A stretch of DNA of 64,000 nt from Candidatus Latescibacterota bacterium. GTDB lineage: Bacteria; Latescibacterota; UBA2968; UBA8231. Both the position numbers and the translations under genes were made by a program. The notes beneath the pieces were generated by a model. That model searched no databases and was not told where the DNA came from. It saw only the letters and a list, made by a program, of their open reading frames with translations. Location: contig CBDAOB010000004.1 of the NCBI GenBank assembly GCA_965197905.1, positions 1,152,001-1,216,000 of the forward strand, written 5' to 3'. Below are positions 27,143 through 36,674 of this stretch, in pieces; position 1 is the first letter of the stretch, and each line of letters begins with the position of its first letter.

Positions 27143-28576
27143 TCACTCGCCGGCTATCGCGAACAAGGTGTTGCGGCTGGCAATGTACAAGACCCCGTTT
27201 TTGGCGACGGGTGTGGTGTAGATGGAGCTTCCCATGTTGACTTCGTAAAGCAGCTCCTTCTTCTTGCCGGCGCGGAATACAGCCACGTCCCCGTCTTCGT
27301 CTCCGACGTAGAGCTTGCCGTCGGCCACCAGCACCGAACCCCATATAGCCGCAAAGGTGTCGTAGGTCCAGTACTTCTCGCCGGTGGCGGCGTCTATGCA
27401 GTAGACGAATCCGGTGAGATCGGCGGTGTAGAGCAGTCCATCGCTGACGGCCACGGTCGACATAGTGCGATTGTATTCGTGGCCACCCAGATGCCAAACC
27501 GGCCCGCTCGAAGTAATATCTCCGCTGCCTCGTGCATCGATCGCCCACAGATGTCCGATCCCTTCGCCATGTTCGGGATCCTGTCCAACCCCGACATAAA
27601 CGATGTTGTCGTGAATCACCGGTGTGGAAATGATATTGTTCCGCGTCCCTCGTCCTCCCAACTCCCACCGGCTATCCTTCGGATTGCAGTCGAATTTCCA
27701 GATCAGCTTGCCGGTTTCCGGCTCAAAAGAGTAGATCCATCCGTCCCCGCCGGGAAAGACGACCTGTCCCTTGCCGTCGATCTCCGCGTAGGCCGGATTG
27801 GACCACTGGCCATGGAGAATGCCTTCCCCGGGGTCGGCGTTCTCCCACACCAGTTCGCCAGTATGTTTGTTGACCGCGATGAAGCTGGGCGCAAACGGGG
27901 AGGGAACATGCACGTGTCCCTCATCCACGCCGTTGCTGGTGACGACGAAGATCAGATCGCCGGCGCCGATGGGCGAACAGGTGGCGAGGTTGTGGGGAAA
28001 TACATCCAGCTCGGCGATCATGTCCAGCTTCCAGATCAGATCGGCATCACTGGCCGTAGTGTCCGTCTCATTCTGAATCGCACCATCGTTTTCACCGTCG
28101 AGGAATCCCTCTGTGTCCGCGCTGACGATTTCACATCGGTTGGAGATGTAATAGAGCCGGTCCCCCTCGATATACGGGGTTGAGCAGATTCCCTGCTGGG
28201 GCCAGTCGTTGACCCTGCCAGCGGGTAGTTTGGTGTGACTCGCCTGCCACAGAAAGGCACCGTCGGTTTCGTTGAAGGCGATCAGCACGCCGCGATCTCC
28301 CGTGTCCTTCGGAATACGCAGGGCTCCGTTGTTGGTGCCGACGAAAACCTTGCCGCCGATGATCAGCGGCCCGGCATACGTCTGGGAACCGAGCTCCGCC
28401 TTCCATTTGATGTTCTTACCTGTTTTGGTATCCCACGTTGCCGGCAGGTCCTTCGCCTCTACGACCATGTTTCGACCCGGGGTAAAACCCCACATGGCGG
28501 TTTCGGCGGGCTCGGCTTGCAGCATGCCGGTCATAAAGGTCACGGCGATCAGAGCAGCAAAACGCATCATCTTCAT
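27143..28576 (-). CDS. Secreted PQQ-like beta-propeller protein (477 aa)
   Basis: Signal peptide MKMMRFAALIAV...AE, NIKWKAELGSQ and G..W blades. ATGA overlap. Confidence 0.85.
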   Translation of the reverse strand: MKMMRFAALIAVTFMTGMLQAEPAETAMWGFTPGRNMVVEAKDLPATWDTKTGKNIKWKAELGSQTYAGPLIIGGKVFVGTNNGALRIPKDTGDRGVLIAFNETDGAFLWQASHTKLPAGRVNDWPQQGICSTPYIEGDRLYYISNRCEIVSADTEGFLDGENDGAIQNETDTTASDADLIWKLDMIAELDVFPHNLATCSPIGAGDLIFVVTSNGVDEGHVHVPSPFAPSFIAVNKHTGELVWENADPGEGILHGQWSNPAYAEIDGKGQVVFPGGDGWIYSFEPETGKLIWKFDCNPKDSRWELGGRGTRNNIISTPVIHDNIVYVGVGQDPEHGEGIGHLWAIDARGSGDITSSGPVWHLGGHEYNRTMSTVAVSDGLLYTADLTGFVYCIDAATGEKYWTYDTFAAIWGSVLVADGKLYVGDEDGDVAVFRAGKKKELLYEVNMGSSIYTTPVAKNGVLYIASRNTLFAIAGE

Positions 28577-30774
28577 TGAGATTCGTTCTCCCACACCCTC
28601 AGGTTGTCGTACTGAATGTCTGCCGCGGAATAGCCATAGATCCCCGGACTTCCCGATCGATTCGGCAACGGGTCCTCCGCGGTCATCGTCCAGGATGCCG
28701 GCTCGGGATCGCCCCTGGGCCAGACCTTTCCCTTCACCAGAGCACGGCTGTCTTCCACGTCGACGCGCATCTTGACGGTGTACCAGACGTTGGGGTCCCA
28801 ACTGAAGTCGATCGTTTTCGCCATGCGCAGATCTGAAGCCCACGAGCGAATCTGGAGACGCTGATGGTTGCCCATCATATCCAGCGTGTAACGCTGATTG
28901 ATGAGCCCCATATCGGGTCGTCGTCGTTTGTTCTTGGTACCCAAAAGGTCAGCCTGGATCGTGTATCCACTCATGGTGGAGGCGCCCAGGTAGACGTTGG
29001 AGCGATGTAACCCCCGTGGCGATGGAGGTTTTACCAGGACGCGGTTGCCATCTTGAGTCGCAACCTTGAACTTGCTGCTGGCAGCCACCCAATAGGGCGG
29101 ATTCTTCCCCACTTCCACGGTCTCGAAATCCTCGGTCCAGGGTAAGTCCGGAAACGCGCGAACGCGGGCGCTCGCCTCCAGACCTTCGTAGGTCGCCTTT
29201 ACCGCACCCGCCTGGCCTCCCGCTTTGCCGTCGAGTTTGAGTCGGCCTTTGTCGTTCTGTGATCCAGCTATGTTTTCGAGACTCCATGCTGCTGGCACGC
29301 TACCCAGAGGATTGCCGGTGGCATCGAAGGCGCGGGCCTCGAAGGTCACCTTCTGTCCCGGGCGGGTTAGCAGCTCCGTGGGCGTCGCCTGCAGATGGGT
29401 AGCGGCCCCGACCACGGGTGGCGGTTGCGCCGCTCCCATTTTCTTCGTGGAAGCAGTCGACTTGCCATCGCCGAGGCAGTAAAGTCCTTCCTCGGTGCTG
29501 AAATAGATCCGTCCGCGGTCAACGGCCGGCGAGCCGTAGATCTCGGCCGGTCGGTCTTCTTCGCCTACCAAAACCCTATCCGCGTCTAGTTTGGTCGCCG
29601 CTGCAGTGCTGACGTCGACGATATGGAATCCCCCATTGACCTCCGTCGCAAAGATCTTTCCGTCGGCCCACACCGGCGAGCCCTTACCTACGGTGCCGAG
29701 GCTGTACTGCCATCGCGAGGCCCCCGTTGCCGCATCGAGACAATGCAGGTTGGCCGAGTTGTCCACCACGAATAGATCACCCCCGTGTACCACTGGCGAA
29801 GTGTAACCGACGGCGCAGCCGTCGTAGCGCCAGACCTCATGTGTAGCGGTGACGTCCCCGGTTCCCGTGCCGTCGATGCAGACGACTCGGCCCATCTCCG
29901 TACTGTCCAGATTCTCCTCGCTGTGAGCAGCATAGACCAGATTGCCCTCCACCACCACCGACGAATTGATACCCCGCTGGCTGAGCTTGAACCCCCAAAC
30001 CTTTTCGCCGGTAAGCGCTTTCATGGCATAGATGCCGCCGTCGGCGTTTCCGGCAATGAGCAACTCCTGACCATTGATATTGGCTAACACCGGCACCGAG
30101 TAGGTAGTGTCGAGAGGTCGACCGCCCGGTGTAGAGATCCACACAACGTCGCCTGTCCTCTTGTCAAAGGCGAAATAACGATGACGCGGGACGGTGTGCG
30201 CACCCCAGCTGACATTGAGGAAGCTTATGATTACGAGATTGTCCACCACCACCGGAGTATGGACGCGGCCGCCGTATCCGGAGATGCGACCGTACTCCTC
30301 GGTCAGCGAGCGCGACCATACGATGCCACCGTCGCGGTCGAAGCAGAAGAACAGCCCCTGTACCCCGTGGGCGTAGATGTAGCCGGTTTCCGGATCGCCC
30401 GCCGGGCTCGCCCAACCGACCCTGTTAAAGGGAATCGTGGTGTGAAACAGGTTGAAACGGTGTTCCCAGATCAGTTCACCAGTCTCGGCATCGAAACCGG
30501 CGACGCGTTCCTGTTCGGTGATGTCTCGTCCGACCCGTCCCATGACATAAACCCGCCCATCCAAAACAACAGGGGTGGAACGCCCCGTAAAATCGGCCCG
30601 CCAGAGCAGATTCTTGCCTTCCGGGGACCACTCTGAGATGAGCCCGGTATCCTGGCCGACGCCATTTTGGGACGGTCCACGCCAGCTGGGCCAATCTCCG
30701 CCAGCCGAAGTGACCAGGAAAACGCAGAGAAAGGGGACGGTTCTTAGTACCCTTCCGTACGATGACTGAATCAT
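28573..30774 (-). CDS. Secreted PQQ-like beta-propeller protein with C-terminal Ig-like and lectin/DUF1080-like domains (733 aa)
   Basis: Signal peptide, DWPSWRGP and propeller blades to about residue 440, followed by beta-rich domains ending GIYG...YDNLRVW. Confidence 0.85.
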   Translation of the reverse strand: MIQSSYGRVLRTVPFLCVFLVTSAGGDWPSWRGPSQNGVGQDTGLISEWSPEGKNLLWRADFTGRSTPVVLDGRVYVMGRVGRDITEQERVAGFDAETGELIWEHRFNLFHTTIPFNRVGWASPAGDPETGYIYAHGVQGLFFCFDRDGGIVWSRSLTEEYGRISGYGGRVHTPVVVDNLVIISFLNVSWGAHTVPRHRYFAFDKRTGDVVWISTPGGRPLDTTYSVPVLANINGQELLIAGNADGGIYAMKALTGEKVWGFKLSQRGINSSVVVEGNLVYAAHSEENLDSTEMGRVVCIDGTGTGDVTATHEVWRYDGCAVGYTSPVVHGGDLFVVDNSANLHCLDAATGASRWQYSLGTVGKGSPVWADGKIFATEVNGGFHIVDVSTAAATKLDADRVLVGEEDRPAEIYGSPAVDRGRIYFSTEEGLYCLGDGKSTASTKKMGAAQPPPVVGAATHLQATPTELLTRPGQKVTFEARAFDATGNPLGSVPAAWSLENIAGSQNDKGRLKLDGKAGGQAGAVKATYEGLEASARVRAFPDLPWTEDFETVEVGKNPPYWVAASSKFKVATQDGNRVLVKPPSPRGLHRSNVYLGASTMSGYTIQADLLGTKNKRRRPDMGLINQRYTLDMMGNHQRLQIRSWASDLRMAKTIDFSWDPNVWYTVKMRVDVEDSRALVKGKVWPRGDPEPASWTMTAEDPLPNRSGSPGIYGYSAADIQYDNLRVWENESQ

Positions 30775-30815
30775 TCGCCACAGTCCTTGCAAACTCGCCA
30801 AGTGTGTATGGTTAG

Positions 30816-30844
30816 AGTGTACAGGATGATACACCTCGCATCAA
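30816..30844 (-). promoter_or_regulatory. Candidate sigma70 promoter of the upper cluster operon, with an overlapping palindrome
   Basis: Minus strand TTGATG-N17-TACACT, about 40 nt before ATG 30774. A GTGTA-N8-TACAC inverted repeat lies at 30817-30834. Confidence 0.6.
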
Positions 30845-30901
30845 CTCGCGGGGCCTAAATCTGGTTGTGGGCGAGGTAGTGTAGGAAGCCGGGCGTCGAC
30901 G

Positions 30902-31777
30902 TCAGCCTTTGAATTGAAACGGCTCGACCCCTCGAACCCCGGGCCGGGTGACAAACAGGCCGCCGGCGTGGGGTTCGCGGTCCCAATCGGCGGCGGTCAT
31001 GCCGGAGCTGGCGCAGGTGATGTAGAGGCTGTCGAGCTCCTGTCCAGCGAACGCACAAGCGGTCACCTTCGACACTGGCAGATCGATCTGCTGCATGACG
31101 CGCCCAGCCTGCGGATCCCAACGGCACACTCTGGAACCGCCGTAGTGAGCGATCCAGAGCATGTCCTCGGCGTCGATAACCATGCCGTCGGGCATACCGG
31201 TCTCTTGCGGAATCTCGAACAGGATCCTCTCGTTGTGGACGTCACCCGTGTCCATATCGAACTCGTACACCCGCACATCGAACCTGGGAGAATCGATGTA
31301 ATACATCGTTCGATGATCTAGACTCCAGCAGATTCCATTGGAGATGCTTATATCGGAAAACACCTTGTGGACGCTGAGGTCGGTATCCATTCGGTACAAC
31401 CCGCCTGCTCCAGGTACGGGGGTGATAGCCATGGTGCCAGCCCAGAATCGTCCAGCCGGATCGCATTTTCCTTCGTTGAACCGGTTTTCGGGTAGATCTG
31501 CTTCGGGGTCGGCGATCGGCTCAAAGGTTCTGGATTCCAGATCGTACGCGGCGAATCCATGGTGCATCGCCAGCATCAATCCACCGGAGGCGCGCTGGAC
31601 CACCGTTCCCACCGGTTGCCCGACATCGTGTTCCACATCGGCGCCGGTTGCAGGATCGTAGACATGCAACGTGTTGCCCATGATGTCGACCCAGTAGAGC
31701 ACCTTGTTCTCACCATCCCAGATGGGACCTTCGCCGACCACCGCGTGGGCGTCAACCACGAGCTCTACCTCGTTCAC
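30902..31777 (-). CDS. SMP-30/gluconolactonase family protein
   Basis: GEGPIWD, RFNEGKCDPAGRFWAGTM, SNGICWS, PDGM and AGGLF. GTG start after AGGAG. Confidence 0.93.
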   Translation of the reverse strand: MNEVELVVDAHAVVGEGPIWDGENKVLYWVDIMGNTLHVYDPATGADVEHDVGQPVGTVVQRASGGLMLAMHHGFAAYDLESRTFEPIADPEADLPENRFNEGKCDPAGRFWAGTMAITPVPGAGGLYRMDTDLSVHKVFSDISISNGICWSLDHRTMYYIDSPRFDVRVYEFDMDTGDVHNERILFEIPQETGMPDGMVIDAEDMLWIAHYGGSRVCRWDPQAGRVMQQIDLPVSKVTACAFAGQELDSLYITCASSGMTAADWDREPHAGGLFVTRPGVRGVEPFQFKG

Positions 31778-31830
31778 GGTTGGTTCTCCTTGTTTGATTC
31801 GTGTTGCAGAGCGAGTCCGCTCCCGCGTCA

Positions 31831-34701
31831 TCACTGAACGGTGCGACCGTAGGACGGGAATCCTACGTAGCTTCGAATGACGAATGCCATCCGATCGAAT
31901 TCGCTGTTCCGCAGCAGCGGCTCGTCGAACTTCAGGTGATCCTTATAGATGCCCATGATCGTGTTGAGCTCGTAGCCGAAATAGGAAGAGACGTTGACCA
32001 GGTTGAGAAAACTGGTATACCGCTTCAAGCTGTTCCGTTTCTCGGTCTCGTCCTGCAGGCGGTACGGCAGCGGACCAAACCCCTGCACGCCCGCCTGCAA
32101 GCGGGTTCGCCGCATGAGGGGGAGCTCTGCCCGGACGATAGGTACCAGGCGATACTCGGAGTTGAGGTGTCGATCGAAGGTGCGGTCGGTCTCGCGCAGG
32201 AGCAGGAACTTGAACTGGGGGGTCAGGGTCAATGGCCCAAAGAATCGTTTATACTCCACACTGCTGACCACGGTCCAGAGATTGAGCAATCGCTTGGGTT
32301 CGGCGAAGCCCGAGGCAAAGTGATCGCCTCGCTGCCAATTCAGACGCAACCGCAACTGCTGCGCCACCTTTAGCGAATATCCCAGCCTCGCCTCGATCTC
32401 CAGATACGACTCGTTGACGTAGCTGTTCTTGTACTTGAGCGGGTCCTGCCGCGCTTCGCTGATGTTGGTGCGTCTGCCGTAGCCCGAGAGCCTGCTGCGC
32501 TGGGGCGGATCCACGACCGAGAGGTAGAGATCGGGCACGTCGTCGCGCACCCGCTGCGTGTTGTTCTCGAAATACAGCTTTCGCAGCACGCCGAGCCCGT
32601 CCCGGCGGTAGCCCAGAATGGCGTAATTGGCCATGTTGCGCCGGTGCCCGGCAATCTGACGGGCGGCATAGCGACCTGCCGCCAGGGTCCAGTGTTTGGT
32701 CAGCTCCAGCTGACCAAACAGATGATACCCTCCTTGATCGTAGTCATACGGATAGTCCTCCTTCCAGTCGTCTTCCCGCAGGTCCGGCTCGTCGTTGTGG
32801 TTGCGATCCAGACCGTAGGTAAACTCGTTCGGCTCCACGTCGAACATGAGGAACGGCTCTTCGAAATCGGGTATGCCGTCGAAGTCCCGATCGACGTCCG
32901 GAATCCCGTTCTGGTCCTGATCCTGATTCGGAAACACCCCATCCAGATCGTACCCCACCAGCAGTATGTCGGGCCAGATGTCCGCTTCATCGTTGTCTTC
33001 CACCAGCTTCCATTTCCACAGGCGATACTGGTAGGGAGTGGTTTGCAAGCTCGGGTCTTTGTACTGGCGCATCTCGGAAACGTATTCGGGATTGATTGCG
33101 AAGTACTCTCCCCCTATGAGTCCGCCATCGAACCAATGAGTGCCGTTGACGAAATAGGCGGCTCCGCGTTCGGCGAACCTGGGCGCTTTGTCGAACGCCG
33201 GCTCTCGATTCTCGTGCGTGGGGAAACGAAAGTGACGCGCGGTGCGGGCGTACTCGGCGTTGATTTCCAGGCCGGGAAGACGGAAGCTCACGTCGGCGCC
33301 GTAGGAGAAGTGCGCCGTCTGCTCCCCCACCTTGAACCGCACGGTCTGGATATTGGTACCATCGCGCACGTTGCCCCGGGCCCGCTTTGCATCGCGGAAA
33401 AAGGTGGCCCAGTAACGACTGGCGTAGGCGCGGGCCTTCGGGGCAACCTCGGAGATGGTGGTTACGGCGACGTGAAAATCATCCGCTACCAACGCTTCCA
33501 CCGCCGCCGTTTGGACGGAAGGTTCGCCCGCGACCTCATAGAGGTAAACGAGCCTCGAGTCGCCGTCAGCGTGCAGCACCTGGTCCGAGGGCTCGACGGT
33601 GAAGGTCCGCAGCAATCCCTTGAGGTTGGTGAAACCGCTCACGTCGATGCCGCGCTCGTGGTCGATACGATAGAGATAGTCGGCAAAGAGCGGCATTTCG
33701 TCCTCGCCGTAAAACTGCCCGCTGACCCGCGCGTACGGGGTAGGTCGAAAGCTGTTGTCGAACAGGACGCGGCCCACCTGGGTCGGATCCGTACCCCTGT
33801 GTCGGATCACGATCGGCTCGATGTCGGGACGCGGCTCGCCGTCCAGAAAGAGGGTTACCTTTTGGATGGTTGCGCCCCCGCGGCCGTCTTCTGGTGAATC
33901 GTCTTTGAACTGGACCACGATCCAGTCCACCAGCGGTTGGAAGGAACGCAGCCGTCCGTGGATGCCGTTGCCGGGCCGGGTGCTCTGGAACTGATGCAGG
34001 TTGATCCAGCTCAACCCTAGTTGCAGAACTCCGAGCTGGGTTTGCAGGCGGTTGGCCAACATGAACGTAGAATTCTCGACCGGTATTCCGTGCACATGCT
34101 CGGCCCTCGCCGCGTGGGCCGTGGCCTGTATCCGCGGTGAGGCGAAATCGAGGCGAAAGCCACGAGAGTAGGTCCGCGACAGGATGAGCGGCGTAAAACG
34201 CAGCGCCCCGGTAAGCCCGATAATACCACTGTACCCCCAGTCACCGGAGTAATCGCTGCCAGTCACCTGGCAAGTAGTGCAGGGCCAGTCGATGAGGCTG
34301 CCGCACTGCTCTCCACGACGGCCGTCGCAGGTTTGACCCGGCATGCGGATCTCGCGCCAGGAGTACCAGTGATAGCCGACGATCTGTTCGTGTCCTAGGG
34401 AGCCGTAAAATGTCCGCGGAGCGTCTTCGTACGGATGGGTGTGGTTCGGATAGTTCTCGTACGTGTCGAAGGCGTAGTTGCGATACCCCGGCTGCGTTCG
34501 TTTGAGGAAATAACTCTGGGGTTCGGTCTCGGTTAAAGTCAGAGTGGGCGCGGCGCCGGCCGCGCCTGCGGAAACCAGCAGGCACAGTGCCAGGAACCGC
34601 AGCGCTGAGTTAATCTGAAACCGCAGGGCCGGGAAATTCTTGAACCTGTTTCGGCCAGCATCGATCGTCCCCAGTATCGTCGTCGGCCAGGTATCACTCA
34701 T
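31831..34701 (-). CDS. Large hypothetical exported/outer-membrane protein with DxDxNG-type repeats
   Basis: About 955-aa ORF with a signal-like hydrophobic stretch (LRFLALCLLVSAGAAGA), DQDQNGIPD/DRDFDGIPD/DRNHNDEPD repeats and a beta-strand-like C-terminal third. Start uncertain. Confidence 0.7.
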   Translation of the reverse strand: MSDTWPTTILGTIDAGRNRFKNFPALRFQINSALRFLALCLLVSAGAAGAAPTLTLTETEPQSYFLKRTQPGYRNYAFDTYENYPNHTHPYEDAPRTFYGSLGHEQIVGYHWYSWREIRMPGQTCDGRRGEQCGSLIDWPCTTCQVTGSDYSGDWGYSGIIGLTGALRFTPLILSRTYSRGFRLDFASPRIQATAHAARAEHVHGIPVENSTFMLANRLQTQLGVLQLGLSWINLHQFQSTRPGNGIHGRLRSFQPLVDWIVVQFKDDSPEDGRGGATIQKVTLFLDGEPRPDIEPIVIRHRGTDPTQVGRVLFDNSFRPTPYARVSGQFYGEDEMPLFADYLYRIDHERGIDVSGFTNLKGLLRTFTVEPSDQVLHADGDSRLVYLYEVAGEPSVQTAAVEALVADDFHVAVTTISEVAPKARAYASRYWATFFRDAKRARGNVRDGTNIQTVRFKVGEQTAHFSYGADVSFRLPGLEINAEYARTARHFRFPTHENREPAFDKAPRFAERGAAYFVNGTHWFDGGLIGGEYFAINPEYVSEMRQYKDPSLQTTPYQYRLWKWKLVEDNDEADIWPDILLVGYDLDGVFPNQDQDQNGIPDVDRDFDGIPDFEEPFLMFDVEPNEFTYGLDRNHNDEPDLREDDWKEDYPYDYDQGGYHLFGQLELTKHWTLAAGRYAARQIAGHRRNMANYAILGYRRDGLGVLRKLYFENNTQRVRDDVPDLYLSVVDPPQRSRLSGYGRRTNISEARQDPLKYKNSYVNESYLEIEARLGYSLKVAQQLRLRLNWQRGDHFASGFAEPKRLLNLWTVVSSVEYKRFFGPLTLTPQFKFLLLRETDRTFDRHLNSEYRLVPIVRAELPLMRRTRLQAGVQGFGPLPYRLQDETEKRNSLKRYTSFLNLVNVSSYFGYELNTIMGIYKDHLKFDEPLLRNSEFDRMAFVIRSYVGFPSYGRTVQ

Positions 34702-36644
34702 GGCGGCGGCCAACCATTTCGTGATCGTCGAACAGATCGTAGGCTACCGATCCTTGGCTCTGCGCCGGCGGCGAAACCTCAAAGATGTGGCAGAAGGTCG
34801 GCACCACATCGGTGGCATGGACATACCCCAACAAGCCCGTTGGCCGCTCGTACCCTTTCTTGAGACCCGGTCCGGCAAGCATCAACGTACCGAAACTGGA
34901 CGAGATCTCACTCTGGGTCGGTATGAATCCTCCGTGGTGTGCTCCAAACACTCGCGGCGCTCCCGCGGCGGCGCCGCCGACAATCCCTTTCCACTGGCCG
35001 TAATATCCGCTGACATACCCATGTTCCCAGGCAAAGATCACATCCCCGCACTGATCCCCCCATTGACCCAGGATGTAGGCGTCGCGTCGCGGCAGAGCAA
35101 TGGCAATCGGCGTGCGGCCGACCTCTTCATCGACCCAGGTGCGCAGGGCCAGCAGCAGGTCCCGCTCGATCCGCTCGAAATCCTCGCTTCCCGGCTGGGC
35201 GTTGATGAATATGTCGAAACCTTTGTCGTCCCTCAAGTAAGCTTTCGTTGTCTCCCAATCGATATCCTCTTCCAGAACCCGGTCCTCCTCCACGGCCGAC
35301 CCGCCGCCTTCTTTGACTACCGTGAATCCGCTATCGCAGAGAAACTTGCGGATGTTCGCCACGCGCACATCGGGGGAACATCCGTGATCGGCGAGGACGC
35401 CGACGCAGGTCTGGTCGTCCGCCGCTTTCCAGATGCGGCCCAATACGCGGTCCCCCACCTGGTAAGCCCGGCGGAAATAGTCGACGAAGGGCGCGGCGCA
35501 ATCCGCGTCGTAGGCCGGACAGACCGGGTCCACGTCCCCCAGGTGAACGTGGTTCAGATAGTCGTAGAGGTGCCAGTGGCAGATGAAAAATGCGCATCCC
35601 CTTTCGTGCAGCATGTAGTTCGCGACGTCGGCGAACCAGAGGCCCTGGTACTCACACTCCTCCAGGGCGGTGTCGAAGTCGGTCATGCCGTCGGTGTAGG
35701 GTGACATGGAGGCGTGCTCCTGGTAGGGTCCGAACCGTTCGAGGAGCTGGCCGGCTAGATCTTCGGGCAGGGTGTAACCATCGACATAGGTGACCTGCAA
35801 GCGGTATAGCTTGAGGTTCGCGCCGTCAGCTGTCAGTTCCATCAGTTTGAAACGTACCGAAGCACGTTGTTTGCCACCGTCGATCTGGAACTCTTCGACC
35901 GCCCACTCGCTCCATTCTCCGGCTTCAACGTAGGTCATGGCGGTACCGCCGTCTTGCCGGCGACAGATCAGCAACCGGTCGTACCCCCGGCCGGCGGTGT
36001 CCACAGCCAACAGATGGAAGGTGGTGACATCGTCGCCAATGCGGGCGTGTATTTGGATACTGCTGGTCAGCGGCGGTGAATGGCTGTCGGGCAATCCGCT
36101 CCAACCCTCGGCCGGGCAAAGGGGCGGGATCGACTCGACGGCGTACTGGGTCCCGGCGTACGGCCGTGCCGTCGTGATCCATTTCGATGGGGGTTTCCTG
36201 TGCTTCCGCGGTGGTGTAGGACTGACAGGCGGCGATTTCGTACTCCGTGCTGGCATAACCTGGATGGCCGTAGCCGTCTACCACAAACCCGGATTTGACG
36301 CCGGAGGGATCGGCTGCGGGATAATGCACCGCCACACTCTTGAGCCCTTCCCTTTCGAATGCGTTCCAAATCCGCTCGGCGCTGAGGGCACGGCCGTCGA
36401 AGCTGCTGATACGCTCCCCGGAGGTCAGCTGCACCCGCCATCGGGTTGCGCCGTGGGTGCCGGTGTGGGCCCCGGTGGAGAGGGTCGCCCAGTTTGTGGG
36501 TGTCCACACGGGAAGGGAAGGAAAGGTCTGGTTGACCGTGCCCTCCCGGATCATGCGCTCGAAATTGGGCAGGCATCCCTCGGCAGCAAACCTTTTTACC
36601 ATCGGAGTGATGAGTCCGTCCATACCGTAGGCACAGATCTTCAT
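34694..36644 (-). pseudogene. Alkaline phosphatase superfamily type I phosphodiesterase/nucleotide pyrophosphatase, split by a 1-nt frameshift at about 36153
   Basis: The N-half has GMDG and WTPTNWATLSTG..HG; the C-half has DYLNH, ADHG, AHHGG and DVVPT. Removing one G joins ...AVRR to TQYAVESIP. May be a sequencing error. Confidence 0.82.
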
Positions 36645-36674
36645 GGAAATATTTCGTCCTTTTCTTGTTGCCTA

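Noticed and set aside
19683..30774. Calling the propellers BamB or classical PQQ alcohol/methanol dehydrogenases
   Set aside because: There is no lipobox or bam/der context, no adjacent Cys-Cys motif of quinoprotein ADHs, and no cytochrome or pqq genes.
32644..35704. Long + strand ORFs (417 aa and 354 aa), and similar 300-460 aa antisense ORFs at 5513, 6157, 27038, 51131 and 53582
   Set aside because: They are antisense to well-supported genes, expected from GC-rich codon bias, and carry no family motifs.
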